Assembly (NCBI RefSeq): GCF_000012805.1
Contig: NC_007484.1
Span: 2,460,001 to 2,492,000 of the forward strand
Direction: 5' to 3'
DNA length: 32,000 nucleotides
Origin: Nitrosococcus oceani ATCC 19707
GTDB lineage: Bacteria > Pseudomonadota > Gammaproteobacteria > Nitrosococcales > Nitrosococcaceae
Shown: positions 17,708 through 26,316 of the stretch, in pieces
Position numbering within the stretch: position 1 is the first letter of the stretch
Layout: the number at the start of each line of letters is the position of its first letter
Notes under the pieces: model-generated
Told to the model about the DNA's origin: nothing
Database searches by the model: none
The model's input: only the letters and a program-made list of their open reading frames with translations
Position numbers and translations under genes: made by a program

Positions 17708-18979
17708 CTATGGCCTATAGAAAACACGATAGATACGACCTCCCTGATCATCACTAATATAAAGGGAGCCCTCCGGACCTTCGGCAACACCCACTGGTCG
17801 ATGCTCGGCAGCGCGGGGAGTCTTATGTTGACCGGCAAAACCCTCGGCAAATACCTCCCATTCGCCCGTGGGTTCCTTTCCCTTGAAAGGAACAAAAACA
17901 ACCTTATAACCCCCCTGGGGCAATGGCGCCCGGTTCCAGGAACCATGGAAGGCAATAAAAGCCCCGCCCCGATACCGTTCTGGGAACTGTTCGCCAGAAT
18001 AAAAGAGGAGCCCATTAGGTGCCCAATGGGCGGGCAAGGCCAGCAGCGGATCTTGTTTTTTCTGGCAGCGATCCACGGTTTTTCCATCTCCGCCATACTC
18101 GGGGGCCAGAACTTTCTGGTTAAGGGCGGGATCATGATAGCAGTAGGGCCAACCAAAATCGTTATTTTCCTGGATGCGCACCAACTCCTCCGAGGGTTTT
18201 TCTGCATTCTGGCTATCATTGAAGTGAGGCCACAAACTTAGCTGATCGCGGCCATGAATGACGCCGTACAACTGGCCATCCTGGGGGCGTAAAGCTAAAG
18301 CGACCGTATTACGAAGCCCTGTGGCAAAACGGCTACCATCTTGCTGGGCTTGGTTGGGTTGGCCGGCCTCAAAACGCCAGATTCCAGCACGGGTAACAAG
18401 TTCATCGCAAGGCTCCTTTCCCGGTGAGCCGGCGGTGCGGTCCTGTTTCTGGCAGGCGTTGGAGGGCGAACCGATATTGACATAAAGCTTGCCTTCAGGA
18501 CTAAAAGCGATACTTTTAGCTCGATGGCTAGCAGCGGCAGGGAGCTTTTCAACGATAGTCTCGGCGGGCCCCGCCGGTTCTAAATCTCCACTACGCCAAG
18601 GATAGCGCACGATTTTTTCGTGAGTCGCGAAATAAAGGTAACCATCATAAAATTCCACATCATCGCCAGGACCACTGCCAAAACGCTTTTTTAAATCGGC
18701 AACACCGTCGCCTGTGGTATCTCGTAGCGCCAACACACCCCCTGGCGATGCCTTGGTTGCGCCAATAGCGACGAAGACATCGCCATTGGGGGCCACTGTC
18801 AAATGGCGGGCCTTCCCTACTTTATCCGCCACCATAAGGACACAAAAACCCTTAGGCAGAGTAAGCCCTTCATTTTCTGAGTCGCAAACCTGTTGCGCCA
18901 GAGTGATAGAAGAGAAAGAGAACCAAAAGAATAGTATCCATACGCCCCAAGCCAGGGCGTTATTGCGTGGTTTTGCCAT
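17708..18979 (-). CDS. PQQ-dependent sugar (sorbosone/soluble glucose) dehydrogenase-family beta-propeller protein, exported
   Basis: 423 aa with a signal peptide (WILFFWFSFSSITLAQQ) and a GGAGCAG SD. The motifs GLRNTVALALRPQDGQLYGVIHGRD, NNDFGWPYCY, FIAFHGSWNR and LYISDDQGGRIYRV fit that family. Confidence 0.75.
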   Translation of the reverse strand: MAKPRNNALAWGVWILFFWFSFSSITLAQQVCDSENEGLTLPKGFCVLMVADKVGKARHLTVAPNGDVFVAIGATKASPGGVLALRDTTGDGVADLKKRFGSGPGDDVEFYDGYLYFATHEKIVRYPWRSGDLEPAGPAETIVEKLPAAASHRAKSIAFSPEGKLYVNIGSPSNACQKQDRTAGSPGKEPCDELVTRAGIWRFEAGQPNQAQQDGSRFATGLRNTVALALRPQDGQLYGVIHGRDQLSLWPHFNDSQNAEKPSEELVRIQENNDFGWPYCYHDPALNQKVLAPEYGGDGKTVDRCQKKQDPLLALPAHWAPNGLLFYSGEQFPERYRGGAFIAFHGSWNRAPLPQGGYKVVFVPFKGKEPTGEWEVFAEGFAGQHKTPRAAEHRPVGVAEGPEGSLYISDDQGGRIYRVFYRP

Positions 18980-19115
18980 AGGTCTGCTCCAAGAATGTCT
19001 CCACTATATATTTGGCCGGGACAACACTGATAATGGATAGTCCAACAAAATAATAGGCTGGAGACTAAAAAATTGCTACTTCCAAGCGGAGAAAGATAGA
19101 CGCCAAGCAGTATCC

Positions 19116-19586
19116 TTAGAATACGAGTGTTCTCATTGGTTGAATAGGTTTTTCTGCTTCGAGCAGCTGTTTCAGACTGTAAACCACGCTTTTACTCCCT
19201 GCTTTCACAGAAGAAGCAATCACATTTTCAAAGGGTCTCATAAAGAATTCCAGCTTCAATTCGAAAGTAAAGTGGATACGGGTTGCTTCATTCACTGGCT
19301 CGAAATCGTAAAGCGCCCGGTAATGGAAATTTGAAGAGCTTTCAAACCCTATTCGCTGTAAGGGCTGATACTCAGTTACCTGAAAAATCGACTCTGTCCG
19401 ACGCCCCTTATCTATGCGCACCTGCCTGGCCATAGTTCCCATCCTTACTGGGCCGCTGGTTATCTTCTCCAGCTCCATCACTTCGGGGGACCATTTGGGG
19501 TAATTCTCGAAAAAATCAGCAGAGACGTACCGAAAAGCATCATCCACTGGGCAATCAATGAGAATGCTTGATTGGACTTTAATCAT
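19116..19586 (-). CDS. SRPBCC-superfamily (polyketide cyclase/dehydrase-like) small protein
   Basis: 156 aa with a GAGGAG SD. The pattern SILIDCPVDDAFRYVSD..NYPKWSPEV is typical of Polyketide_cyc2/SRPBCC proteins. Confidence 0.65.
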   Translation of the reverse strand: MIKVQSSILIDCPVDDAFRYVSADFFENYPKWSPEVMELEKITSGPVRMGTMARQVRIDKGRRTESIFQVTEYQPLQRIGFESSSNFHYRALYDFEPVNEATRIHFTFELKLEFFMRPFENVIASSVKAGSKSVVYSLKQLLEAEKPIQPMRTLVF

Positions 19587-19704
19587 TGCTTTTTCTCCTC
19601 TATTCTTAAGGCTAGCAAAGGGGGCCTTAATTTCAAGAATAAGCCCCCTCCTTCAAACAACGGTTAAAAAACGGTATCCGGAAGGCAATTTAGAAAAAGA
19701 TCCT

Positions 19705-20244
19705 ATGATGAACAAAGTGATATCAAACATTAGAGTCCTCTCCTGTTTAATAATTCTTGGATGGGGTTTGATAATTAACCCTGATCGTTTAGTTCTTGCA
19801 GAAGAGTTGCCACAACAATCCGTGCTGCCCCTTGAATTAGCCAATAAGGCAGCACTTGCCGCAGTTAAGCACTGCAAAAAAGAGGGCTACCGGGTAAGCG
19901 CAACGGTGGTGGACGGAGCAGGGGTCATCAAAGCGCTGCTGAGGGCGGATGGAGCTGGCGCCCATACCGTCGATAGTAGCCAGCGTAAGGCTTACACTGC
20001 CGCGAGCCTGCGGGAATCGACTCAAAAACTGGCGCTGCTTATTGCCCGAAAGCCCGAAATTCAAGCACTAAGGGATATGAACGAATCTATTCTGATTTTG
20101 GGCGGAGGGCTGCCTATTAAGATAGAAGGTGAAGTCATCGGGGGTATTGGTGTGGGGGGAGCTCCTGGCGCTGCTTTGGATGAGAATTGCGCCCGCGCTG
20201 GCTTAGAAATTTTAGGCGCGGATCTTTACCAAGAAAAAAATTAA
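19705..20244 (+). CDS. GlcG/HbpS-like (DUF336) protein with signal peptide
   Basis: I use the ATG-ATG at 19705 (MMNKVISNIRVLSCLIILGWG...). The ORF-track start at 19558 would overlap the divergent SRPBCC gene. The core (LANKAALAAVKHCKKEGYRVSATVVDGAGVIKALLRADGAG...SQRKAYTAASLR...GGLPI...GGIGVGGAPG) matches the GlcG family. Confidence 0.75.
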   Translation: MMNKVISNIRVLSCLIILGWGLIINPDRLVLAEELPQQSVLPLELANKAALAAVKHCKKEGYRVSATVVDGAGVIKALLRADGAGAHTVDSSQRKAYTAASLRESTQKLALLIARKPEIQALRDMNESILILGGGLPIKIEGEVIGGIGVGGAPGAALDENCARAGLEILGADLYQEKN

Positions 20245-20252
20245 CGATCTCC

Positions 20253-21011
20253 TTATTTTCCAAGCAATATCTCTTTGGCCTGGTTAATTTTTGCAGCAAG
20301 ATAATCGGAGCCGCCGCGATCCGGATGAACTTTCTGCATGAGCCGACGGTGGGCGGCAATGATTTCTTGCTCGCTGGCGCCCACTGCCAAACCCAGAATT
20401 TGATGGGCCTCTTCTGGTGTCATTTCCGCTTGACCCGGGGAAGAATTCCCCTGTCTTTGAGCATTAGCCTGGGCTTGCCAATCCTCTCCATAAACCCGTT
20501 CTAGATAGGCTCGCACCAGGGCCGCGGATTTTTCATCCGCAGCCTGGCATTCCAACAGCAACTGGGTTAAGTCGGACAAATCCAGCGCGTCCATTGGTTT
20601 ACCTGCAAAAGTGCCTGCCAGGACCTCTCCGCTCATCTCTCCCGTTTCGTGATCCAGGGTCATGCGCACGAACCGAGCCTCAGCGGTGGACTGCTGGGGG
20701 TCGGCGGTGCCGGCGCTCTGATTGCCAAAACCCGCGTTGGCGTGGCGGTAAGCCCATAGCCGTTGCAGCAAAGGAACAAAGCGAAGTAAAGGCAGCAGCC
20801 GTGCAACCCCTGCTGCTAGAGCCCCTAATAGAGCCATAATCCAGGGTAGCCGGCCCGTGGCCGTAAGAAGCAGGAAAATGCCGACAATTAGTGCGATACC
20901 GATCCGGCGCATAGCCCGTATCGCTACTGGACGAGGGGTGTTGGCGATCCAACGGCGCAATAAAATAGCCCCGATGAGGCCAAGTAAAGCAAGCAGAACG
21001 ATAGGACGCAC
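20253..21011 (-). CDS. Membrane-anchored J-domain (DnaJ-like) protein
   Basis: 252 aa. It has about 3 N-terminal hydrophobic helices, a central soluble segment (FVRMTLDHETGEMSGEVLAGTFAGKPMDALDLSDLTQLL) and a C-terminal J domain with HPD (AHQILGLAVGASEQEIIAAHRRLMQKVHPDRGGSDYLAAKINQAKEILL). The GTG start is 5 nt after the vWA stop. Confidence 0.8.
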   Translation of the reverse strand: MRPIVLLALLGLIGAILLRRWIANTPRPVAIRAMRRIGIALIVGIFLLLTATGRLPWIMALLGALAAGVARLLPLLRFVPLLQRLWAYRHANAGFGNQSAGTADPQQSTAEARFVRMTLDHETGEMSGEVLAGTFAGKPMDALDLSDLTQLLLECQAADEKSAALVRAYLERVYGEDWQAQANAQRQGNSSPGQAEMTPEEAHQILGLAVGASEQEIIAAHRRLMQKVHPDRGGSDYLAAKINQAKEILLGK

Positions 21012-21016
21012 TTGGG

Positions 21017-21733
21017 CTAGTCTTTTTTGATTTGGTGAATGAGCCGCAACGTTACTCCCCCCTGGCGCTGGCTGAAATTTTCCAGGGCGGCTCGCCCTCC
21101 GGTGGCATAAACGGCCACGGCATTTAATAAGTCCCGTAGTTGGGCCGCGCTAGCGGCGTCAAAACGGCAATAGGCCCCTTGGGTTAATTGAGCGATTTGC
21201 CGAAAAGCCCGCTCCGCCACCAGATCATAGCCTTCCTGAAAGACAAAGGCAGGTACGCCCAAAATGCCTAATTCACCAGCCATATGGCAGAGACGCTCCA
21301 TCTTTTCCTCCATGCAGTCACCTACAAAAACCAAGGCATTGACCTTTTGTTTTCGCGTTTCATTTTGGGTATGCTGCAACGCTTTTTCAATCTGAGTGTA
21401 ACCACCGCGACAAGCCACGGTGTTCATTTGCTTCAAAAGCGCGTCGGAGTGACGGAGCCAAGAACTGGCGGAGAATTCTTTAAAGCCACGATAATAACAT
21501 AGCTGTATTTCCAGCCCACCTAAGCTGGCTGTTTCCTGGAACATCTGGGCTTGAATATGGCAGGCCCGGTCCCAGGTTGGCTCCCGGCTGGCGGTGGCAT
21601 CCATGGCAAAGATCAGCCGGCCATGGCGGCTACCAGGTTTAATCTGGGGCATGGCCGCAACTTTCTTCAGGAAGGCGTCCACCTCACTGCTGCTGGATGG
21701 TTTTCGGAGTGATTTACCGGTTTTCTCTGTCAT
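21017..21733 (-). CDS. Small cytoplasmic von Willebrand factor A (vWA)-like protein
   Basis: 238 aa. It has a MIDAS-like start RLIFAMDATASREPTW (DxTxS), later GGYTQIEKAL and VFVGDCMEE blocks, and a Rossmann-like alternation of strands and helices. No signal peptide. Confidence 0.65.
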   Translation of the reverse strand: MTEKTGKSLRKPSSSSEVDAFLKKVAAMPQIKPGSRHGRLIFAMDATASREPTWDRACHIQAQMFQETASLGGLEIQLCYYRGFKEFSASSWLRHSDALLKQMNTVACRGGYTQIEKALQHTQNETRKQKVNALVFVGDCMEEKMERLCHMAGELGILGVPAFVFQEGYDLVAERAFRQIAQLTQGAYCRFDAASAAQLRDLLNAVAVYATGGRAALENFSQRQGGVTLRLIHQIKKD

Positions 21734-21793
21734 CTGTCTTTAAGAGGTTTTCTTACTGCTATTAGGCACCAAACAACGGTGTAGGTTTCGATA

Positions 21794-22690
21794 ATGAAAT
21801 GTATTTCGAACAATAATGTCATAGGCATAAATTCCAATAGCCTGAAGGGATCTTACCAAAAGGCCCATTTCGACTGGCTTCGGCTGCGCTATCAATTGGA
21901 CGCAGCTGCTCGCGATCAGCCCCTTGAATTTCAGGCTTTAACCCAACTCTCAAAGCGGGAGCAGCTTCGGGTTCTGGATCTGGGCGCAGGTGCTGGAGCG
22001 AATATTTGCTATTATGCTCGCCTTTTGCCTTCTTCAACCCAGTGGTGGATGGTGGAACGAGACAGCGAGCTCTTAAAACGAATTCCTCAGTTTATCATTG
22101 AGTTCTTGGGAGAAAAAATAAACACTGTTCATCCCTTGAAGGATGATTTTTTAGCGCCGGATTGCCCAATTTATAAGACCTCTTTCGATCTAGTGGTGGC
22201 CAATGCTGTTTTCGATCTCTTAAGCGCTGATCAATTTCAGGGACTACTTCAACTATTTCGGCAGGCATGGGAAGAGGAATCTCCCTTGTTTTTATTTACT
22301 CTCAATCTGGATCGAGGCATCCGATTTTACCCTACTGATAAGGAAACAGAACGTTGGTGCCGCCGTTACGAATTCCATATGCACCGATCCCAGCACTTTG
22401 GCCGGGCCATGGCGGCTCACTGTGGAAGGGAGATGGAAAAATTGTTTCTGGAAAACGGATTTAACGTGAACAGTGCCTCTTCGGCATGGGACATATTACC
22501 CTTGCAGAAAGAAGCGCTCTTGGCAAAACTCGATTTTTTTGAAAAAGCGATGGCAGAATCGATAGGTCCTTGCAGTCAGCAGTGGTATTTGTTTCAACGC
22601 TGGTTGAGGAGGAAACGGTATCAGGCTCGCCGTCGGAAACTTTCCTTGCATGTTCCTCACCGGGATTTTTTAGCTAGAATCAGAACTTGA
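21794..22690 (+). CDS. Class I SAM-dependent methyltransferase
   Basis: 298 aa. Motif I is RVLDLGAGAGANICYYA, the post-I acidic residue is MVERD and the motif II-like block is FDLVVANAVFDLL. It is divergent from the vWA/J-domain pair, with a 60-bp shared intergenic region. Confidence 0.7.
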   Translation: MKCISNNNVIGINSNSLKGSYQKAHFDWLRLRYQLDAAARDQPLEFQALTQLSKREQLRVLDLGAGAGANICYYARLLPSSTQWWMVERDSELLKRIPQFIIEFLGEKINTVHPLKDDFLAPDCPIYKTSFDLVVANAVFDLLSADQFQGLLQLFRQAWEEESPLFLFTLNLDRGIRFYPTDKETERWCRRYEFHMHRSQHFGRAMAAHCGREMEKLFLENGFNVNSASSAWDILPLQKEALLAKLDFFEKAMAESIGPCSQQWYLFQRWLRRKRYQARRRKLSLHVPHRDFLARIRT

Positions 22691-22802
22691 TTTTTGCGCA
22701 ATCTCTCTAGGCACCTCAATTATATTTAATCGTTTTATATCCAGCTATATTGATATCATTACTTCTGAAAATCGGTAAGAAAAGGTACCTTCCTCCCTCA
22801 CG

Positions 22803-25800
22803 CTAGGTGACGGAGTCCTCCTGTTGTGAGGGCGGGCAATCCGCCTCCGGCGCTCTCTGGGAACCTAACCCGTTCAGTGCCGGCATATTGACCGAACGGA
22901 CATGAATGTCTCGTTGGGGAAACGGTATTTCAATCCCCTGTTCACCCAGGGCCCGATTGATGGCCGTATTCAGCTCATGCATTAAGGGATAGCGATTTCC
23001 TAGCTCCCGCACAAAGGCCCAAACAATAAAGTCCAAGGTGCCTTCCCCAAAGCCCACAAAATAAACGCTAGGAGGAGGATCCTCCAATACTAAGGGATTA
23101 GCGTTGACAACCCCCAGAATGATCTGATGCGTGAGGGTAGTATCCGATCCATAAGCCACCCCCATCTTCAACGTGATCCGAGTGATAGGATCAGAAAGAG
23201 TCCAGTTCACTAATCTATCTGTCACAAAAGACTTATTAGGAACAATCAGTTCCTTACGATCAAAGTCCGTTACCGTAGTAGCGCGGATTCGAATCCGAGA
23301 AACCGTGCCCGAGATATCACCTACCGTCACCACATCACCAACCCGAATGGGCCGTTCAAATAAAATGATCAGGCCCGAAACAAAATTGGCAAAAATTTCC
23401 TGCAATCCAAACCCTAATCCCACGGTGAGAGCAGCCACCAACCACTGTATCTGGGACCAACTGCCCCCAATAGCATCAAATACCAAGACAATACCGGCAC
23501 TCCCAATGGCATAGCGCAATAACGTCGTAATGGCATAACGACTACCAGGCACTAAGGAAAGCCGGCGCAGCACCACTATTTCTAAAACACCGGGAAGGTT
23601 TCTGGCCGCGCCAAAGGCCACCAGGGCCAAAACCAGGGCTAGCGCTAAGTTAGCAAGGGTAAAAGGTTTTTGCACCTCTTGACCTTCCACGACTGCGGTA
23701 TGATGCCATAAGGTAATGTCATTAAGGATACCTAACGCGGGAAAAGTCGGTGCCCAAATAAGCCAAAAGCCAACAATAATGGACAAACCCACCACCGTCC
23801 GGAGTAGCTGGCGGGTTTGCGAATCAACCGTTTGAATATCCACCTGGTAAATATCTAGTTTAGTGGGGATTCCCGCGCCAGACCGGCCCGCCGCCTCTCT
23901 GGTAGATTGGGTCACTCGTTCAATCTCCCGCCTCTCCCGCATTTTAAGCAAGGCCAGCTTGCGCTGCGTCACCTCAAGCCAGCGGATAGCTAAATCATGA
24001 ACCAGCGCTGCGGCGATAATCAGATATAAGGTAACAACAATCTCATTTTTAAGATGGAGCGCCGTATAGAAATACCCTACCATCGCCAAGCCCGCTAAAG
24101 AGATAGGAAGGAAAACAATAGCCGGATACCACACATAACGGAAACGGGACAGCCAGCTTCTCGGTTGCTCGTCTAAATACCGTTCGGCAATCCCCCCTTT
24201 AGGTCTTAATATCCGTTGAAAAAATACCGCGAGCGCCACCATGCTCACTAATAGCCCTACCCGACCAAGGCTTTCGGCGTAAATCTCATTCGCTTCGGCA
24301 CCCGCCACTGTTGCCACGAACAAGGCCGGCAACATCACCGGAATCACCCAAGTGAGATTTTTCCGCCAGAGTGTCACAGTTTGCTGCTGCCAACCAAAAT
24401 GATCAATGGCGACCCCATGGCTGCGGCACAAGAGGCGAAATCCATGCATTAAAAACAGGGGTAAGGAGATAGCAGTCAAGCCGGCGCCTACCGCTTTAGC
24501 AAAGCCTGGAACTTCCGGAGAAACTCGCAAAAGCCATCCTATAAAACCTACCAACAGGGGCCAAGGCGCCGCAGCCAGCAGCGTGACTATGAAGGCTCGG
24601 AGAGTAAAGCTGAAACGATCTGCATAGGGCATGGTTATCCGCTCTGTGGTCGTCTTTAAAGTCCCGCCTAGGTTATAACGCACCTGAAGTAACCCAATAA
24701 AGATCAATATCACCACGATAATTAACAGGGGCTCCTCCATCGCGATAGAACCCAATGCTCGGGCGGTATCCTGCCAACTCTCCAGAGATAACAGCCAGAC
24801 CATTCCCGCCAGCAAATCCTGTCCGGTTTGGAAATCTAAAGGAGCAGCGCTAGGAATCCATAGTAGATGTTCATCGAGGAATACCGCATATTGCCTGGCC
24901 CTCTCCATGAGCTGCTGCTGTATAAACTCCAAATTTCCTACCGAGCGCAAGTATTGGCTTTGAATAGCGCTAAGTTTATCTAATAAAATTTGCCTGCCTT
25001 TCAGTAGATTACGCACCTCTACCTTAATTTCTTCTCGCGGGGAAGGCGCTAAACCCGGCCCCACTTGTTCCGCTATGACCTGGGTGACCGCATCCTCAAG
25101 CTTGTTGAGCTGGCGGCGCTGTCCATCCACTCGAAGTTGGCTGAGGCCAACTTCAGCCATCTCCACCCGGTGCTGTTCGGTTTCCTCTTGGTAATGGCTA
25201 AGGTCTGGTAAACTGCGGCGTTGGTCCTGTAAAAACTGCTGTAACGCTTTATTCAACCCAGCGATTTCTAAACTCTGCCGCGCATTTTTAAAGTCCTGTT
25301 CCATTTGCTTTAAGTGAGCTTCTGCGGCTTCATGTTCAGCAGTAATGCGGCTCAAGCGCGTGGCCAACGTAGCAAACTCTTTGCTGAGGCGGGCATTCTG
25401 TGCAGCCAGCTCCTGAATGGCAGGATGTTTACCAGCAGCTTCCCATTCTGCCCGGGCAGCTGCTTCTTGGGCCTGTCCTACTTCCTCTCGCCGCCGCTGC
25501 CTAATTAATGCTTCAAGAAACTTAACCCGCGCCTGGGTTTGCCAAACCTGCTGTGCTGTCAGATCCCGTTGTGCCTTCAGCGCCTGTAACCGGACATTAT
25601 GACTTGATAGTTCCTGATCAAGCATGTTAATTTCATTGAGGTATACTTCTAGCCGTGCCTGCAAGGCTAGCTGACGGGCTTCGGAAATGAGGGACGTTTC
25701 CCCCGGCGGTAATGCTTTAAGATCATTTTCTATACGTTCCTGCTGCTGCTTGGCTTCCGTGAGCTGATCCCGGGCCTGTCGGGGTCGAGATTGCTGCTCT

Positions 25801-26279
25801 TGCCATTGCTTCTCTAACCCAGCGAGGGAACTTTCTAGGGTAGCGAGGCCAGCCTGCTCGGCTGCTAGCTGCTGTTCCAATTCGGAGAGAGGGGTTTCCC
25901 CGGGGATCTGCTCCAAGGCTGCCATTGCCTTATCGATGCCTGGAGAAGCGAGATGCCTATTAATTTCTTCTATTTTGGCCGGCGCCGCTTCTATAGCCTG
26001 TCGATAGACCCTAGCCTTGTCCCCATAGCCTTGAGCTGTTTGCAAACGCTCTTTAGTTAGCTGATATAAATCCAGCAGTTTTTTCTTTTGTGCCTCATCT
26101 AATCCTTGAACCTCTTCTAACTCTCTCATTTTATTACGGACTTGCTCTAAGGCTATGAAGGAATTTAATCCATCCGGCGACGTTACTGAAGAGAGCTCTG
26201 CCCACAAAGCAGGAGGGATAAAAAAAATAAGCGCCAAAAATAACCTTAAGACAAAAAGAACATCCTTATCATTTAGCAT
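22803..26279 (-). CDS. Giant MscS-superfamily mechanosensitive channel (MscK/KefA-like)
   Basis: I place the start at the ATG at 26279 (MLNDKDVLFVLRLFLALIFFIPPALWA, a signal peptide), preceded by an AGGAGGAAG SD. A periplasmic coiled-coil region of ~450 aa is followed by about 11 TM segments. The C-terminal MscS core is GFGLQEIFANFVSGLIILFERPIRVGDVVTVGDISGTVSRIRIRATTVTDFDRKELIVPN. Confidence 0.85.
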   Translation of the reverse strand: MLNDKDVLFVLRLFLALIFFIPPALWAELSSVTSPDGLNSFIALEQVRNKMRELEEVQGLDEAQKKKLLDLYQLTKERLQTAQGYGDKARVYRQAIEAAPAKIEEINRHLASPGIDKAMAALEQIPGETPLSELEQQLAAEQAGLATLESSLAGLEKQWQEQQSRPRQARDQLTEAKQQQERIENDLKALPPGETSLISEARQLALQARLEVYLNEINMLDQELSSHNVRLQALKAQRDLTAQQVWQTQARVKFLEALIRQRRREEVGQAQEAAARAEWEAAGKHPAIQELAAQNARLSKEFATLATRLSRITAEHEAAEAHLKQMEQDFKNARQSLEIAGLNKALQQFLQDQRRSLPDLSHYQEETEQHRVEMAEVGLSQLRVDGQRRQLNKLEDAVTQVIAEQVGPGLAPSPREEIKVEVRNLLKGRQILLDKLSAIQSQYLRSVGNLEFIQQQLMERARQYAVFLDEHLLWIPSAAPLDFQTGQDLLAGMVWLLSLESWQDTARALGSIAMEEPLLIIVVILIFIGLLQVRYNLGGTLKTTTERITMPYADRFSFTLRAFIVTLLAAAPWPLLVGFIGWLLRVSPEVPGFAKAVGAGLTAISLPLFLMHGFRLLCRSHGVAIDHFGWQQQTVTLWRKNLTWVIPVMLPALFVATVAGAEANEIYAESLGRVGLLVSMVALAVFFQRILRPKGGIAERYLDEQPRSWLSRFRYVWYPAIVFLPISLAGLAMVGYFYTALHLKNEIVVTLYLIIAAALVHDLAIRWLEVTQRKLALLKMRERREIERVTQSTREAAGRSGAGIPTKLDIYQVDIQTVDSQTRQLLRTVVGLSIIVGFWLIWAPTFPALGILNDITLWHHTAVVEGQEVQKPFTLANLALALVLALVAFGAARNLPGVLEIVVLRRLSLVPGSRYAITTLLRYAIGSAGIVLVFDAIGGSWSQIQWLVAALTVGLGFGLQEIFANFVSGLIILFERPIRVGDVVTVGDISGTVSRIRIRATTVTDFDRKELIVPNKSFVTDRLVNWTLSDPITRITLKMGVAYGSDTTLTHQIILGVVNANPLVLEDPPPSVYFVGFGEGTLDFIVWAFVRELGNRYPLMHELNTAINRALGEQGIEIPFPQRDIHVRSVNMPALNGLGSQRAPEADCPPSQQEDSVT

Positions 26280-26316
26280 TGCTATCAACTTCCTCCTACC
26301 CGCACAATCCAACCAG

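Noticed and set aside
17665-18219. 184-aa - strand ORF overlapping the PQQ-dehydrogenase gene in another frame, plus the + strand ORFs at 17801..18241, 18258..18485 and 18714..19040.
   Set aside because: The 423-aa frame carries the family motifs. The alternative frames are Pro/Arg/Trp-rich nonsense.
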